A DNA stretch of 64,000 nucleotides, taken from NCBI GenBank assembly GCA_040285855.1, contig JAUFOQ010000002.1:3596001-3660000 (forward strand). The letters run 5' to 3'. Source of the stretch: Eukaryota sp. GEM-RC1 (taxonomy: Eukaryota). Made by a program: the position numbers and the translations under genes. Shown in pieces: positions 51,249 through 62,130 of the stretch (its first letter is position 1; each line of letters starts with the position of its first letter). The notes under the pieces were generated by a model. The model was not told the DNA's origin. It did not search any database and was given only the letters and a program-made list of their open reading frames with translations.

Positions 51249-51998
51249 GGGAAAAGTACTGAAATACCCCCACAACAAAAATTTAGAACTGACATACCCC
51301 TCGAATAAAAATTGGTATTGATCTACCCCTTCAACAAAGAATGACGGTGAGCATTACATACAACAGCAGTGAACATGGTCTCATGATCGGCAATCGCTTA
51401 TCTCCCTTAGTGTTGAAAGAACTTATTCGACAACATAACATTGCAAGCTGCCGATACTACATCTTTAAAAAGTCTGAACACAAACAGATCAAAGCAGTTT
51501 GTACAAACAAGCAATGTGAATATGTTTGTCGTGCATCTCGACCTGCGAAATCCCCACCAGAAACCCTGTATAAAGTGACAGCTCTAAAAGATCACAATTG
51601 TCAGCTTGAAGACGAGACAACATATACTCCACCACCTCCTTCTTCTAAGTACTTGGCCTCTCTTTCCTATATTCAACTGACAGGTTATCCATGTAGTCAC
51701 GGAATTGCCGCTCTTTTGAAGTTGAAACGCAACATCGCATCAGGAGTTGATAGCTACTACTACAGCGAAAACTACAAACGTACGTATGGAGAAGGAATAC
51801 TTCCGATAGACCTTTCAATTACTCTGGCAAGTGTTACGATTCTTCCACCAGAAGTCAAAACAGGGAGAGGTAGACCGCGAATCCGCCGTTACAAACCAGG
51901 TGAAAGCCAGAAAAAGAAAAAGAGTCAAGTTGAGTCAGAATATGGGACAAACAGATTTGGACGATTTCAACGTTGTTCGAGTCGAAATAGAAGAATGT
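51249..51998 (+). mobile_element. Mutator-like (MULE) element: left TIR plus internally deleted transposase, truncated by the tandem unit
   Basis: GGGAAAAGTACTGAAATACCCCC start with repeated TACCCC motifs; ORF 51341 has a MuDR zinc DBD (AVC...CEYVCRAS...DHNC), a partial SWIM (QLTGYPCSHGIAA) and PP..K.GRGRPR; no DDE core. Confidence 0.8.
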
Positions 51999-52454
51999 GG
52001 AAGAGACAGAGACGGATGTACACATTGGAGGTCTTCGATGCTAATAGAACGCCTCTCCTTTTCTTGAATAGCTTTACGAAAGAACTGGAACATCTGTTTG
52101 TCTACATTTGGAGCAATACGAATTAATAAAAAATCTTGACTGTTCAGCCACTTCCTGAGGTTACTATTCTGAGGTTTTTATTCTGTTTCTGGTGTTAAAC
52201 AAGTAGAACATTTTGGTCAATTTTTGTTTCGCTATTCAACCAATACTGAAAAACAAAGCCAAAGAGCACTGTACAAACTTAGAAATTGTAACTTATCTAG
52301 CCAACTCTTCGTATGATTGGATTTCGGGTTGCTGCTTTGCATTATACTACTGGACTTCAAAAAGAAGTGCAGAAATTTTGTTTTGGTTGCCAATGCATTC
52401 GAAACTTTTCTTTCAATATGTAGTTTTTTGTGTGGATATAATGACATAAATAGT

Positions 52455-53340
52455 CTAAAACTCAATATCATCACAGTAAGATTCCTTAGAATCGATTTTT
52501 GTTGAAGCTTTGTCTTCATAATACACACTGACGGCTAATAAAGCGCTAGAAATCATTGTGGGAACTGCTTTTAGAATTTTAAAGACAATTCTACTAAAAA
52601 GAGCGGTCAAAATATTTTGTTAGTTCTATGAGCAACAACCTTTGCAAAATCATCTAAGAACTTCTTGGCTAATTTACCAAAACGACCATACATAGAAATC
52701 GTAAGTGATTATTCAACGTGAACAATGTATTATGGGTCATCGAGTAGCATACCTTCTTTGCTTGATATTTTCTGTATTGTCTAGAGGTGAAACTTCCTTT
52801 GCAACTAATAAGTCACAACTTTTCTTGCAAACATCCACTGAAACAACATCAATCACTGATAATGATTAAGAAGAAGAAGGTATAATAAGGTCAGCACGCC
52901 TTTGTCCTAAAGTATTTTCTTTTTGGTTAGTTGATTGATGTAAAGCGATCTAAGCAATGGTTCAATTAATGATTCAATTTTGTAAGATTTGCACATATCA
53001 TGCAGTTGATCTCTTACTGGGTCATGGACAGAACATCGATTGGTAATGTAATGCGAACAAGAAAACTGATGAGACAACGTCTGCGGTTGTTTAGATTGAC
53101 AATAACTATCATTCGGTAGATTATGAAGCCATAATAACATCTTAAACGCACGCTAATGGTCCATTGATGATCGTTCAATAACATTTCATAAATGTGCGGA
53201 ACTTGATTGAGAAAAGCGGATGCAGAGCTATCTTGCAAATCTGACAAGAAAAATTGCGAATAAATGATTATTTTGCTTAGCCGAGCTAATGAGAATAACA
53301 CAATCCAAACTTTCAAAACGAATTGATTACTGATAGCCAA
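52455..53340 (-). mobile_element. Degenerate RLE retrotransposon fragment R8
   Basis: FLSDLQDSSASAFLNQVP, ISVRLRC, VHDPVRDQLHDMCKSYKIESLIEPLL, RRADLIIP, DVVSVDV. Confidence 0.8.
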
Positions 53341-53661
53341 AGATCGTCTAATTTATGGGCTATGATATCTTAGAGGCTTGTAGTGATGATGGTTATGAAG
53401 TAATTGCTGTTGAGAATGCTGAAGTTTCATCTGCACTTGTGGTTTTGTAGTGTGCTATTTACACCCTAATTGATAATTTGATTTTAATTAGGATGCATTG
53501 GTTGACTATGCATCTTTATCCCCAAGTTATTTCTCAAGTCAAGTCATTTTGCTCAAGTCGACAAGGTATGATTTGACTTGACTTGAGTCATTGAACAACC
53601 CTAATCATTGCACATTTTTACTAGTGAAATTGCAAAACGAAATAGGAATCCCTACACTAAT

Positions 53662-54142
53662 CATGGTAATTAGTCTCACTCAGACTAATTAACATGTAAG
53701 ACTAATGAGCATGTTAGAAAATTAGTCTCACTCAGACTAATTATCATTGTTGTAAATTAGTCTCACCTCAAAAAATATTTGATGTCATTCATTAAGATCA
53801 ATAGCGGAGGAAAACATTCGTCCAATGCGTCTGCTTGATTTACTTCCACAACAATTATATTAGGATGGACAATCCAACCAGAAGGATGTGCTAAAATAAG
53901 CTCATTTTTGAAAAACGACGTCCTGACTCAATTTCTTGCCTTGTAAACACAAATATCAGCGGAAATGTTATTCATAGGAAAATAGAAGTAATATCGAGGT
54001 GGTTCAGTATTTGTATTCGTCGAATGTTGTTCTATTTTATAGGTATTTTATCACAAAAAGTGAGACTAATTTCCAATCGAGTTTAGTTTCAGTTTAAAGT
54101 GTTACAACATGGAAACTAGTCTGAGTGAGACTAATTACTATG
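53662..54142. mobile_element. TIR element with TAGTCTCA/TGAGACTA repeats (hAT-like MITE)
   Basis: ~34-bp imperfect TIR CATGGTAATTAGTCTCACTCAGACTA / TAGTCTGAGTGAGACTAATTACTATG; TSD not clean. Confidence 0.7.
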
Positions 54143-54171
54143 TGAGACTAATTTCCAATACAGACTAATTA

Positions 54172-55187
54172 CCAAAATTTAATTGATAGTCTTGACTCCA
54201 ATTTGTGGTCAGATTTATTTCCTGTGTGGGTAACAGAAATTCAGCAGAGAAGCATTTTCTCTTTGCCTTTGTGTGTTCGTAAGTTACAGAGAGAGGTCTG
54301 TTTTGTTTCACGAAAGCTTGGACCTTAAAAACCGTATTAGCTTGGCTAAGACTAAGAGTCCCGCTTTTTGTGCTTTTTTGAATCATATTTCTTCAACCGC
54401 TGCGTCTTCTTTTGTTTCTCGTTTGCCACGAAAATTTTGTTTTAATCTTAAGGATCATGAATGGCTTATAAACATGAGACTTAGGTTAGGTTTAGGGCCT
54501 TCAGTTCTTTTGAAGCATTCTCCATGTCTTTGTGGTCGTTCAAAGGCCTCAAATTTTCATCATTTAGTTAACTGTCATCAATTTAGTCATTTTCGATCAA
54601 TTATTCACAACAGTATCCGAGATACATGTTTGGATATGTTTAAGGCTAATGGTTTTCATTGGAAAAATGGAACCTTTACTTGCTAATCTTTCTGATCAGC
54701 CAAAAGTTGATAGAAGTCGTGGTGATTTGATTGGTTCTTGGTTATGTTGTCAGGAAATTATCATGGATTTCACGACTGTTGATCCTTGTAATTCAAGATC
54801 AATTTCCAAAATATTTGATGATGAATTTTCTGCTCTTGAAGTGGCTGAAAAGGTAAAAATACAAAGTACTGTCACTTAATTAACCAATTGACTGTTGACA
54901 GGTACAATTCTTTTGTGTTTCAACCATTTGCGATGTCGATATACGGTAATATTGGACCAGCAGCACAAGGTTTTTTAACTTCCTTTGGTAAATTGTGTTC
55001 TGCGTATGGTAAAGTTTTCAATGAAAATTTTTGGTTGAGTAGGATAACTTTTGTGTTGTTTCGTTCAATGCACAGATATTTTAATTCAATTTTAGGTAAG
55101 TTGTTCGGTGATGGACAGAAGGATCATAGTTTAGATACATTAGTTATTAACTTCTGCAAATGCATTTTTTCACTGACTGATCATAAA
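54172..55187 (+). mobile_element. RLE retrotransposon 3' fragment R9; its terminus continues at 55756-55776 beyond the MITE
   Basis: KNRISLAKT, NMRLRLGL, CLCG..FHHLVNC, IIHNSIRD, MEPLL, SRGDL, DFTTVDP, AEKGKNTKY, FQPFAMSIYG. Confidence 0.88.
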
Positions 55188-55755
55188 CATGGAACGCAAA
55201 TGTTCCGTACCGCGGCGATTTTAGGCGTACCGTACCGTACGTACATACGTCCGGTACAAGTACCGGCACTGTTCTTTTGACCGACTAAAAATAATTATTA
55301 CTATTTTGAACACGGTGATTCAATGTGAGATTTTAACAGTTATCATCGTCATAAATTCTACCGTTACACATTGCTCAGGATATCAATATCCTATTGTCAC
55401 ACTTTTTCACATTTAGGTTACGGCATTTGCTGACCACAACTTCCCCAAACTGACATTTTCTTCGTATGAAGCTGAGCAACCGGTCGAAATCATCAATAGT
55501 AGTTACGTCTTCGAATCACAATGCGTTTAACGAGTGACTACGACGTAATATAACAATGATAAAGGACCCCAAAAACCCACGGACTGGATTTCTAAACGAT
55601 CGGAAAATGCAGTAGCAATTTGCACCGAATCTTCGTACTCAAAAACATTAATTGTAAATCCATTTAGATTATTCATAATTAGACTTTATATACAAATCAA
55701 TTGACATCGGTAGGGATAAAAGTAATCGGTACGTACCAAAGACTTGCGCACATTG
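55188..55755. mobile_element. Non-autonomous hAT element (568 bp) inserted in the R9 3' terminus
   Basis: Perfect 8-bp TSD ATCATAAA (55180-55187, 55756-55763); imperfect TIR CATGGAACGCAA / TTGCGCACATTG; GTACC/GTACG subterminal repeats. Confidence 0.85.
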
Positions 55756-55828
55756 ATCATAAACCCCGTTTTTTTTGATTAGTGTACTGATTGGACTCAC
55801 TGGCAAAACCAAGAAATTCTAAACCTTT

Positions 55829-56804
55829 ATGGCTCAGTACGGTCAGATCGGCAGCTTTACAGAAGCGGATACCACCCGAAAAGCAGATCCGATTCAGTTG
55901 GGGCCCATATCTGGATCACTTGCATGTTTGTTGTTTATTGGTTGTTTCCTATACTTATTGCTTAGAGGCCTACCTTTTGGTCGTGTCGACTATGACGCAA
56001 CTCTTCTTCCCCAGACAACTTTAGTTCTTACTAAAATGACAAACAACTATGCAAAAGCTCTCACTATTATGGGTGTGGACAAAGGTGATGCTTATCTCTG
56101 TAATTCACCACCACTCAAGTTTGAGAAACTAAACTACAGCTTAGCAATCCAAGTGGATGCATCAGGGAAGTACCAGCTTCCCTTCAACTTCAATCAACAC
56201 TCTATGATGACATTAGAAATCCAAACTGTACTGGGGATATACATAATTAAAGGGTTTGGCACTCTGCAAGCCTTTAGAACCAACAATCTAGATTTTGCAG
56301 TCTATGATTATGTCAAACCAAACACAGCCGATAAGAAAGTCATCCATATTCGTTATGCAGACTACTATTTCTTGGCATTCGATTCAAGGAGGTATGGATA
56401 GACTTTCGTTTCATCATAGTCCTTATAGCATTACTGGACGTGTGGAAATTGAAGCCACTCTACATGACCTCACTGATTGTGAACATGTATGTAAGTTTAA
56501 CCCAGATGAACACTGTACAATCGAGCTTAAGGGGAAACCTAGTACACTTACTCCCGTACTTAAAGGATCTGATGATCTAACATACTGGCCTGTTTTAAAG
56601 TTTGGTGTTGCTCGGGTAATGACTATGCTTAGAGTGTTAGAAATATTATCACTTGTCTTGCCAGTCTTTGGGGGTTGTGGGTTGTTCCTTTATTCTATTA
56701 ACTGGTGTTTAAACAATCGACTTAGAAAGTCTGGACTGCCAACAACAACTACCAGTCCATTATTGATGCATGCTAATGAAACATCCACTTTGTTGCACAG
56801 GTAA
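55829..56804 (+). CDS. Two-TM membrane protein with a Cys-containing ectodomain (possibly APD1-4-like), one frameshift at ~56390
   Basis: ORFs 55829-56401 and 56295-56804 overlap; TM near each end; DYYFLAF...HDLTDCEHVC...C pattern. Confidence 0.55.
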
Positions 56805-57069
56805 TTCTATTGGAGATATTTACCTCATTATTAAATTATTTAGATAATCATTACTTTCTCTAAAGATATTATGATTTTATGTTATAAATTATCGAAATAC
56901 AAAAAACTACATTGTAGCAGTGTTCGAAATTTCTCACATGTTTTTTAAAAAGACGCCGTGTCGGTGTTAACCAGGGCCTACGGAAAAATATTTAAATAAA
57001 ATATGGCGAACTTTTTCTTGAATAAATAAATATGAGTTATTGCCGATGAAGAAAATAAATAATTGCAAT

Positions 57070-57745
57070 TATTTAAATTATTTATTCAATGGAAACAAGG
57101 ATGCTACAACACTTCACAAACGTGATTTAACACGAACACTAGTACCTCTCCAGGTTTTTGTGTTCTTATAACTGCCCAGATAGGTTTCAGTGTTAAGAAG
57201 GAATGATTTTATTGTAGACACAGTGTTCTATTCAACGAGAATGTGGTCAAACCAAAGCGATGTTTTCCGAACAACAGCAAACACATATTCACATATTTGG
57301 AAAGTTTCAGGGTTGGAAGAATACAATCAATGCCACGGGATTAGCGGTTTTGTGTTACGATGAGTAGAACTTTTTAAACCAATTTGGTCGGGCTCTATTT
57401 CGATAGAGGAATGAACTTTGTCAAGCCCAGAAAGGAAAAACGCCTTGTATTTACACAAGATACCATCAATATTTACAAAGGAGCTACCAAGATCACTACA
57501 TCATCTCATATTCATGCTGAATTCAAAGAGACAGTTTAAAATCGAATCAAAAATAGTTTCGGAAGTATACGCTTCTCTACTGCAATGAGTTCTGTATCTA
57601 GTCTCAGTACATGATAAAGACCGTACTGAGTTGCAAATTTGACGGACTGCAACATTTATAGCCAGAGAACAACTGGGAACCAGATCTATGAAAACTATGG
57701 ATATCGTCGACCACTTTCAAGAAAGAACTCAAAAGTTGGGACATG
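57070..57745 (-). pseudogene. Degraded ORF of about 220 codons, divergent from the transposase
   Basis: One frame reads as protein-like text (LAINVAVRQICNS...FQICEYVFAVVRK...YLGSYKNTKTW) with four isolated stops. Confidence 0.35.
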
Positions 57746-57884
57746 ACATTGAAGGGAGAAAAAGGAATGGAGGGAGAGAATCCATAAAAATGGATATGAA
57801 TATGATATGCATTTATTTTGAAAAGCACTGGTCATACTTCTCATTTCCATATTCATCTCCATTTTTTTTTGGTTTCTGCGGCTT

Positions 57885-58105
57885 ATGCCTTACTTTTGGC
57901 TCTTGAAACTGCCAAGAGTCACTAAAACACATGCTTTGGAGGTCGTATGCTTGGTATTTTGAGTAAATCCCTCTTCGGTTTATCTCAAATCTACTTCCTG
58001 TGTCAACTGTTCTTCTACGACTGAAACATAGTCTCCGGTGTAGCTATATCTGTAGCCCTAGAAGCAAGAAGCTCTTAGCGAATGAAGATGTAATCGACTT
58101 CGTCT
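57885..58105 (+). pseudogene. Decayed copy of the 5' end of the adjacent IS630/Tc1 transposase gene
   Basis: Colinear matches: tacttttggctctt, aaaacacatgctttgga vs aaaacacacgcttcgga, aagaagctcttagcgaatgaagatgta vs aagaaactatttactgatgatgaagta. Confidence 0.6.
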
Positions 58106-58252
58106 CTAGAAGTACCGAATCTGCATTGCTTGATCTCCTCCCTACATATACGTTGTATTCATGTTCTTATGGTGGACATTTTTTCTTGTGTTTATATATA
58201 TAAGAGTCATATCAACAATTTTGACCGTTTTCCCTGCACCTTCCATTTCATC

Positions 58253-59331
58253 ATGCCCTTCACTTCTGACGTACTTTTGGCTCTTAGAACAATCAACGAT
58301 CTCCGCTCCTTAAAAACACACGCTTCGGAAGACACTCGAGTGCGTGCTTGTGCTGCTTACTTTTTCTTGAATTTTCATCAAGAAGAAATTGCTCGCACTT
58401 ATAGCGTATCACAATCTACTGTTTCTCGATGGCTGAAAGATTGCCTTGATTCTGATAGAGTTGAAACTCGTGGAAGGAAGAAACTATTTACTGATGATGA
58501 AGTATCGACACTCTTGGAAGTTGTGAAGACTTCGCCATTGATATTTTTGCATGAAATTCAGCGAACCGCACACACCTACTTTGGAAAGTCGACATCTTTG
58601 CCAACACTATGTAGGGTTTTGAAAAGAGCTGGATTCAGTCATAAATCAGCGACCTCAATTCTTCACAAAACAAAGTTACAATTGATACTTACTTTTGAAC
58701 AGAAACTACATGTGCATGTAGGTTTTGTACTACAGGAACAATTGCTCTTTGTAGATGAAATTTCCTTTAGACAGGAACATTTTCAACGATTGTTTGGTTG
58801 GTCTCCTAAATCTAAGCCTGTGTTAGGAACTAAGAGAAAATTCCCAGAACGTCAATTATCATTGGTAGTCGCTATAGATGCAAACGGTTACGTCACTTCT
58901 TTCCTTCAAGAAGGTCACTTTAACCGTCTTGGCTTTGTTGATTTTCTTTCTCATCTCTTATCATCCGGGATTACTTCTCGATTTCCAGCTCGACGTTCTG
59001 TCATCGTCTTAGATGGTTGTAACATTCACCGAAGCTTAGATATTTATGAAGCTATGAAAAAACGGGTATTAAGTATTTTATATTACCCCCGTATTCGCCT
59101 GAGTGTAACCCGATTGAGACATTCTTTAGCATGTTACGTGGACGAATAAGAAATTTGGCACATCAATTTCCGAGTGCATCTTCGGCTGAGCTGATTAGAA
59201 CGGGATTAGAAAGTTTGAGAGGGTACAATTGTCGAGCGCTATTCAACAAAGCTGGATGGAAACAAAGATGTGTTTATCGTTCACCCTATTTGAGTGACGA
59301 ACAGCTGTCTGAATATGTAGAATTCGAGTAA
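58253..59331 (+). mobile_element. IS630/Tc1-mariner superfamily DD34E transposase (~360 aa)
   Basis: HTH (EIARTYSVSQSTVSRW), GRKK, second HTH, LLFVDE, FGWSPK, VIVLDGCNIH. Adding one A to the A6 run at 59057-59062 gives KKTGIKYFILPPYSPECNPIE with exactly 34 residues between D and E. Confidence 0.92.
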
Positions 59332-59573
59332 TACACTTTTCTAGCAGAAATCTTAGAACAATCAATAAAAACGCCAACAGATCCACAAGTTGCTGCTGTA
59401 GATAAAACAATTGAAAGATGTAGACATCAAAAGACGGACAGATATGTAGATGTGAAATGTTGAAGTACATGAAGAGTTGACTTACTTGTGATCCACTACA
59501 TGTAAAATCTGCATTAAACGAATACAAATCAAATAGTAAATCCAGATGTACAGTCAAAAACATATTTATCTGT

Positions 59574-60053
59574 CTAATTAGGATTCAATAGGTGCGAATT
59601 TACTATGTCTTCTGTTGCTTTAAAATTTAGTCTAGCACCAGCAGGTAAAACTGAACGCTGTGGAGGAGACACGTGAAGACAGAGCATAAAGTTCGCCATG
59701 TCGGCTTTAAGTTGGAGAATTAAACTACTTCTAAAGTCTCTCACCTGGTCTTCAATTTGAGCAAGTCGTTGGTTCATAAATTGGATAACTTGGTCAGATG
59801 AAGTAAGTTCCAATTCAGTAAATTCAGTAAGTTCCAATTCAGTAAATTCAGTAGAAGGATTGTGCTGTGCATACTTCATTATTTCAGAGGGAATATCATT
59901 GACATCTTTAACCTCTCCAGACTCATACATAAGTTTTAGTTTCATCCAAGCATGGTTCGGAAGAGACAGAGACGGATGTACACATTGGAGGTCTTCGATG
60001 CTAATAGAACGCCTCTCCTTTTCTTGAATAGCTTTACGAAAGAACTGGAACAT
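59574..60053 (-). CDS. Hypothetical protein convergent with the transposase; spans the tandem-unit junction
   Basis: 159-aa ORF, open a further ~25 codons upstream; internal 24-bp duplication (TEFTELEL x2); its first copy is cut at 51999. Confidence 0.4.
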   Translation of the reverse strand: MFQFFRKAIQEKERRSISIEDLQCVHPSLSLPNHAWMKLKLMYESGEVKDVNDIPSEIMKYAQHNPSTEFTELELTEFTELELTSSDQVIQFMNQRLAQIEDQVRDFRSSLILQLKADMANFMLCLHVSPPQRSVLPAGARLNFKATEDIVNSHLLNPN

Positions 60054-60412
60054 CTGTTTGTCTACATTTGGAGCAATACGAATTAATAAAAAATCTTGAC
60101 TGTTCAGCCACTTCCTGAGGTTACTATTCTGAGGTTTTTATTCTGTTTCTGGTGTTAAACAAGTAGAACATTTTGGTCAATTTTTGTTTCGCTATTCAAC
60201 CAATACTGAAAAACAAAGCCAAAGAGCACTGTACAAACTTAGAAATTGTAACTTATCTAGCCAACTCTTCGTATGATTGGATTTCGGGTTGCTGCTTTGC
60301 ATTATACTACTGGACTTCAAAAGAAGTGCAGAAATTTTGTTTTGGTTGCCAATGCATTCGAAACTTTTCTTTCAATATGTAGTTTTTGTGTGGATATAAT
60401 GACATAAATAGT

Positions 60413-61298
60413 CTAAAACTCAATATCATCACAGTAAGATTCCTTAGAATCGATTTTTGTTGAAGCTTTGTCTTCATAATACACACTGACGGCTAATAAA
60501 GCGCTAGAAATCATTGTGGGAACTGCTTTTAGAATTTTAAAGACAATTCTACTAAAAAGAGCGGTCAAAATATTTTGTTAGTTCTATGAGCAACAACCTT
60601 TGCAAAATCATCTAAGAACTTCTTGGCTAATTTACCAAAACGACCATACATAGAAATCGTAAGTGATTATTCAACGTGAACAATGTATTATGGGTCATCG
60701 AGTAGCATACCTTCTTTGCTTGATATTTTCTGTATTGTCTAGAGGTGAAACTTCCTTTGCAACTAATAAGTCACAACTTTTCTTGCAAACATCCACTGAA
60801 ACAACATCAATCACTGATAATGATTAAGAAGAAGAAGGTATAATAAGGTCAGCACGCCTTTGTCCTAAAGTATTTTCTTTTTGGTTAGTTGATTGATGTA
60901 AAGCGATCTAAGCAATGGTTCAATTAATGATTCAATTTTGTAAGATTTGCACATATCATGCAGTTGATCTCTTACTGGGTCATGGACAGAACATCGATTG
61001 GTAATGTAATGCGAACAAGAAAACTGATGAGACAACGTCTGCGGTTGTTTAGATTGACAATAACTATCATTCGGTAGATTATGAAGCCATAATAACATCT
61101 TAAACGCACGCTAATGGTCCATTGATGATCGTTCAATAACATTTCATAAATGTGCGGAACTTGATTGAGAAAAGCGGATGCAGAGCTATCTTGCAAATCT
61201 GACAAGAAAAATTGCGAATAAATGATTATTTTGCTTAGCCGAGCTAATGAGAATAACACAATCCAAACTTTCAAAACGAATTGATTACTGATAGCCAA
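60413..61298 (-). mobile_element. Duplicate of R8 in the second tandem unit
   Basis: Matches 52455-53340. Confidence 0.8.
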
Positions 61299-61619
61299 AG
61301 ATCGTCTAATTTATGGGCTATGATATCTTAGAGGCTTGTAGTGATGATGGTTATGAAGTAATTGCTGTTGAGAATGCTGAAGTTTCATCTGCACTTGTGG
61401 TTTTGTAGTGTGCTATTTACACCCTAATTGATAATTTGATTTTAATTAGGATGCATTGGTTGACTATGCATCTTTATCCCCAAGTTATTTCTCAAGTCAA
61501 GTCATTTTGCTCAAGTCGACAAGGTATGATTTGACTTGACTTGAGTCATTGAACAACCCTAATCATTGCACATTTTTACTAGTGAAATTGCAAAACGAAA
61601 TAGGAATCCCTACACTAAT

Positions 61620-62101
61620 CATGGTAATTAGTCTCACTCAGACTAATTAACATGTAAGACTAATGAGCATGTTAGAAAATTAGTCTCACTCAGACTAATT
61701 ATCATTGTTGTAAATTAGTCTCACCTCAAAAAAATATTTGATGTCATTCATTAAGATCAATAGCGGAGGAAAACATTCGTCCAATGCGTCTGCTTGATTT
61801 ACTTCCACAACAATTATATTAGGATGGACAATCCAACCAGAAGGATGTGCTAAAATAAGCTCATTTTTGAAAAACGACGTCCTGACTCAATTTCTTGCCT
61901 TGTAAACACAAATATCAGCGGAAATGTTATTCATAGGAAAATAGAAGTAATATCGAGGTGGTTCAGTATTTGTATTCGTCGAATGTTGTTCTATTTTATA
62001 GGTATTTTATCACAAAAAGTGAGACTAATTTCCAATCGAGTTTAGTTTCAGTTTAAAGTGTTACAACATGGAAACTAGTCTGAGTGAGACTAATTACTAT
62101 G
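61620..62101. mobile_element. Duplicate of the TGAGACTA TIR element
   Basis: Matches 53662-54142 apart from one homopolymer length. Confidence 0.7.
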
Positions 62102-62130
62102 TGAGACTAATTTCCAATACAGACTAATTA

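Noticed and set aside
59040..59075. Programmed -1 frameshift in the IS630-like transposase
   Set aside because: It is an A6 run like the other error sites, and one added A restores canonical DD34E spacing. It cannot be fully excluded without raw reads.
59243..60150. Fanzor/TnpB next to the IS630-like transposase
   Set aside because: No RuvC motifs (D.G, E.L, RD.NAA) and no zinc finger in any adjacent ORF.
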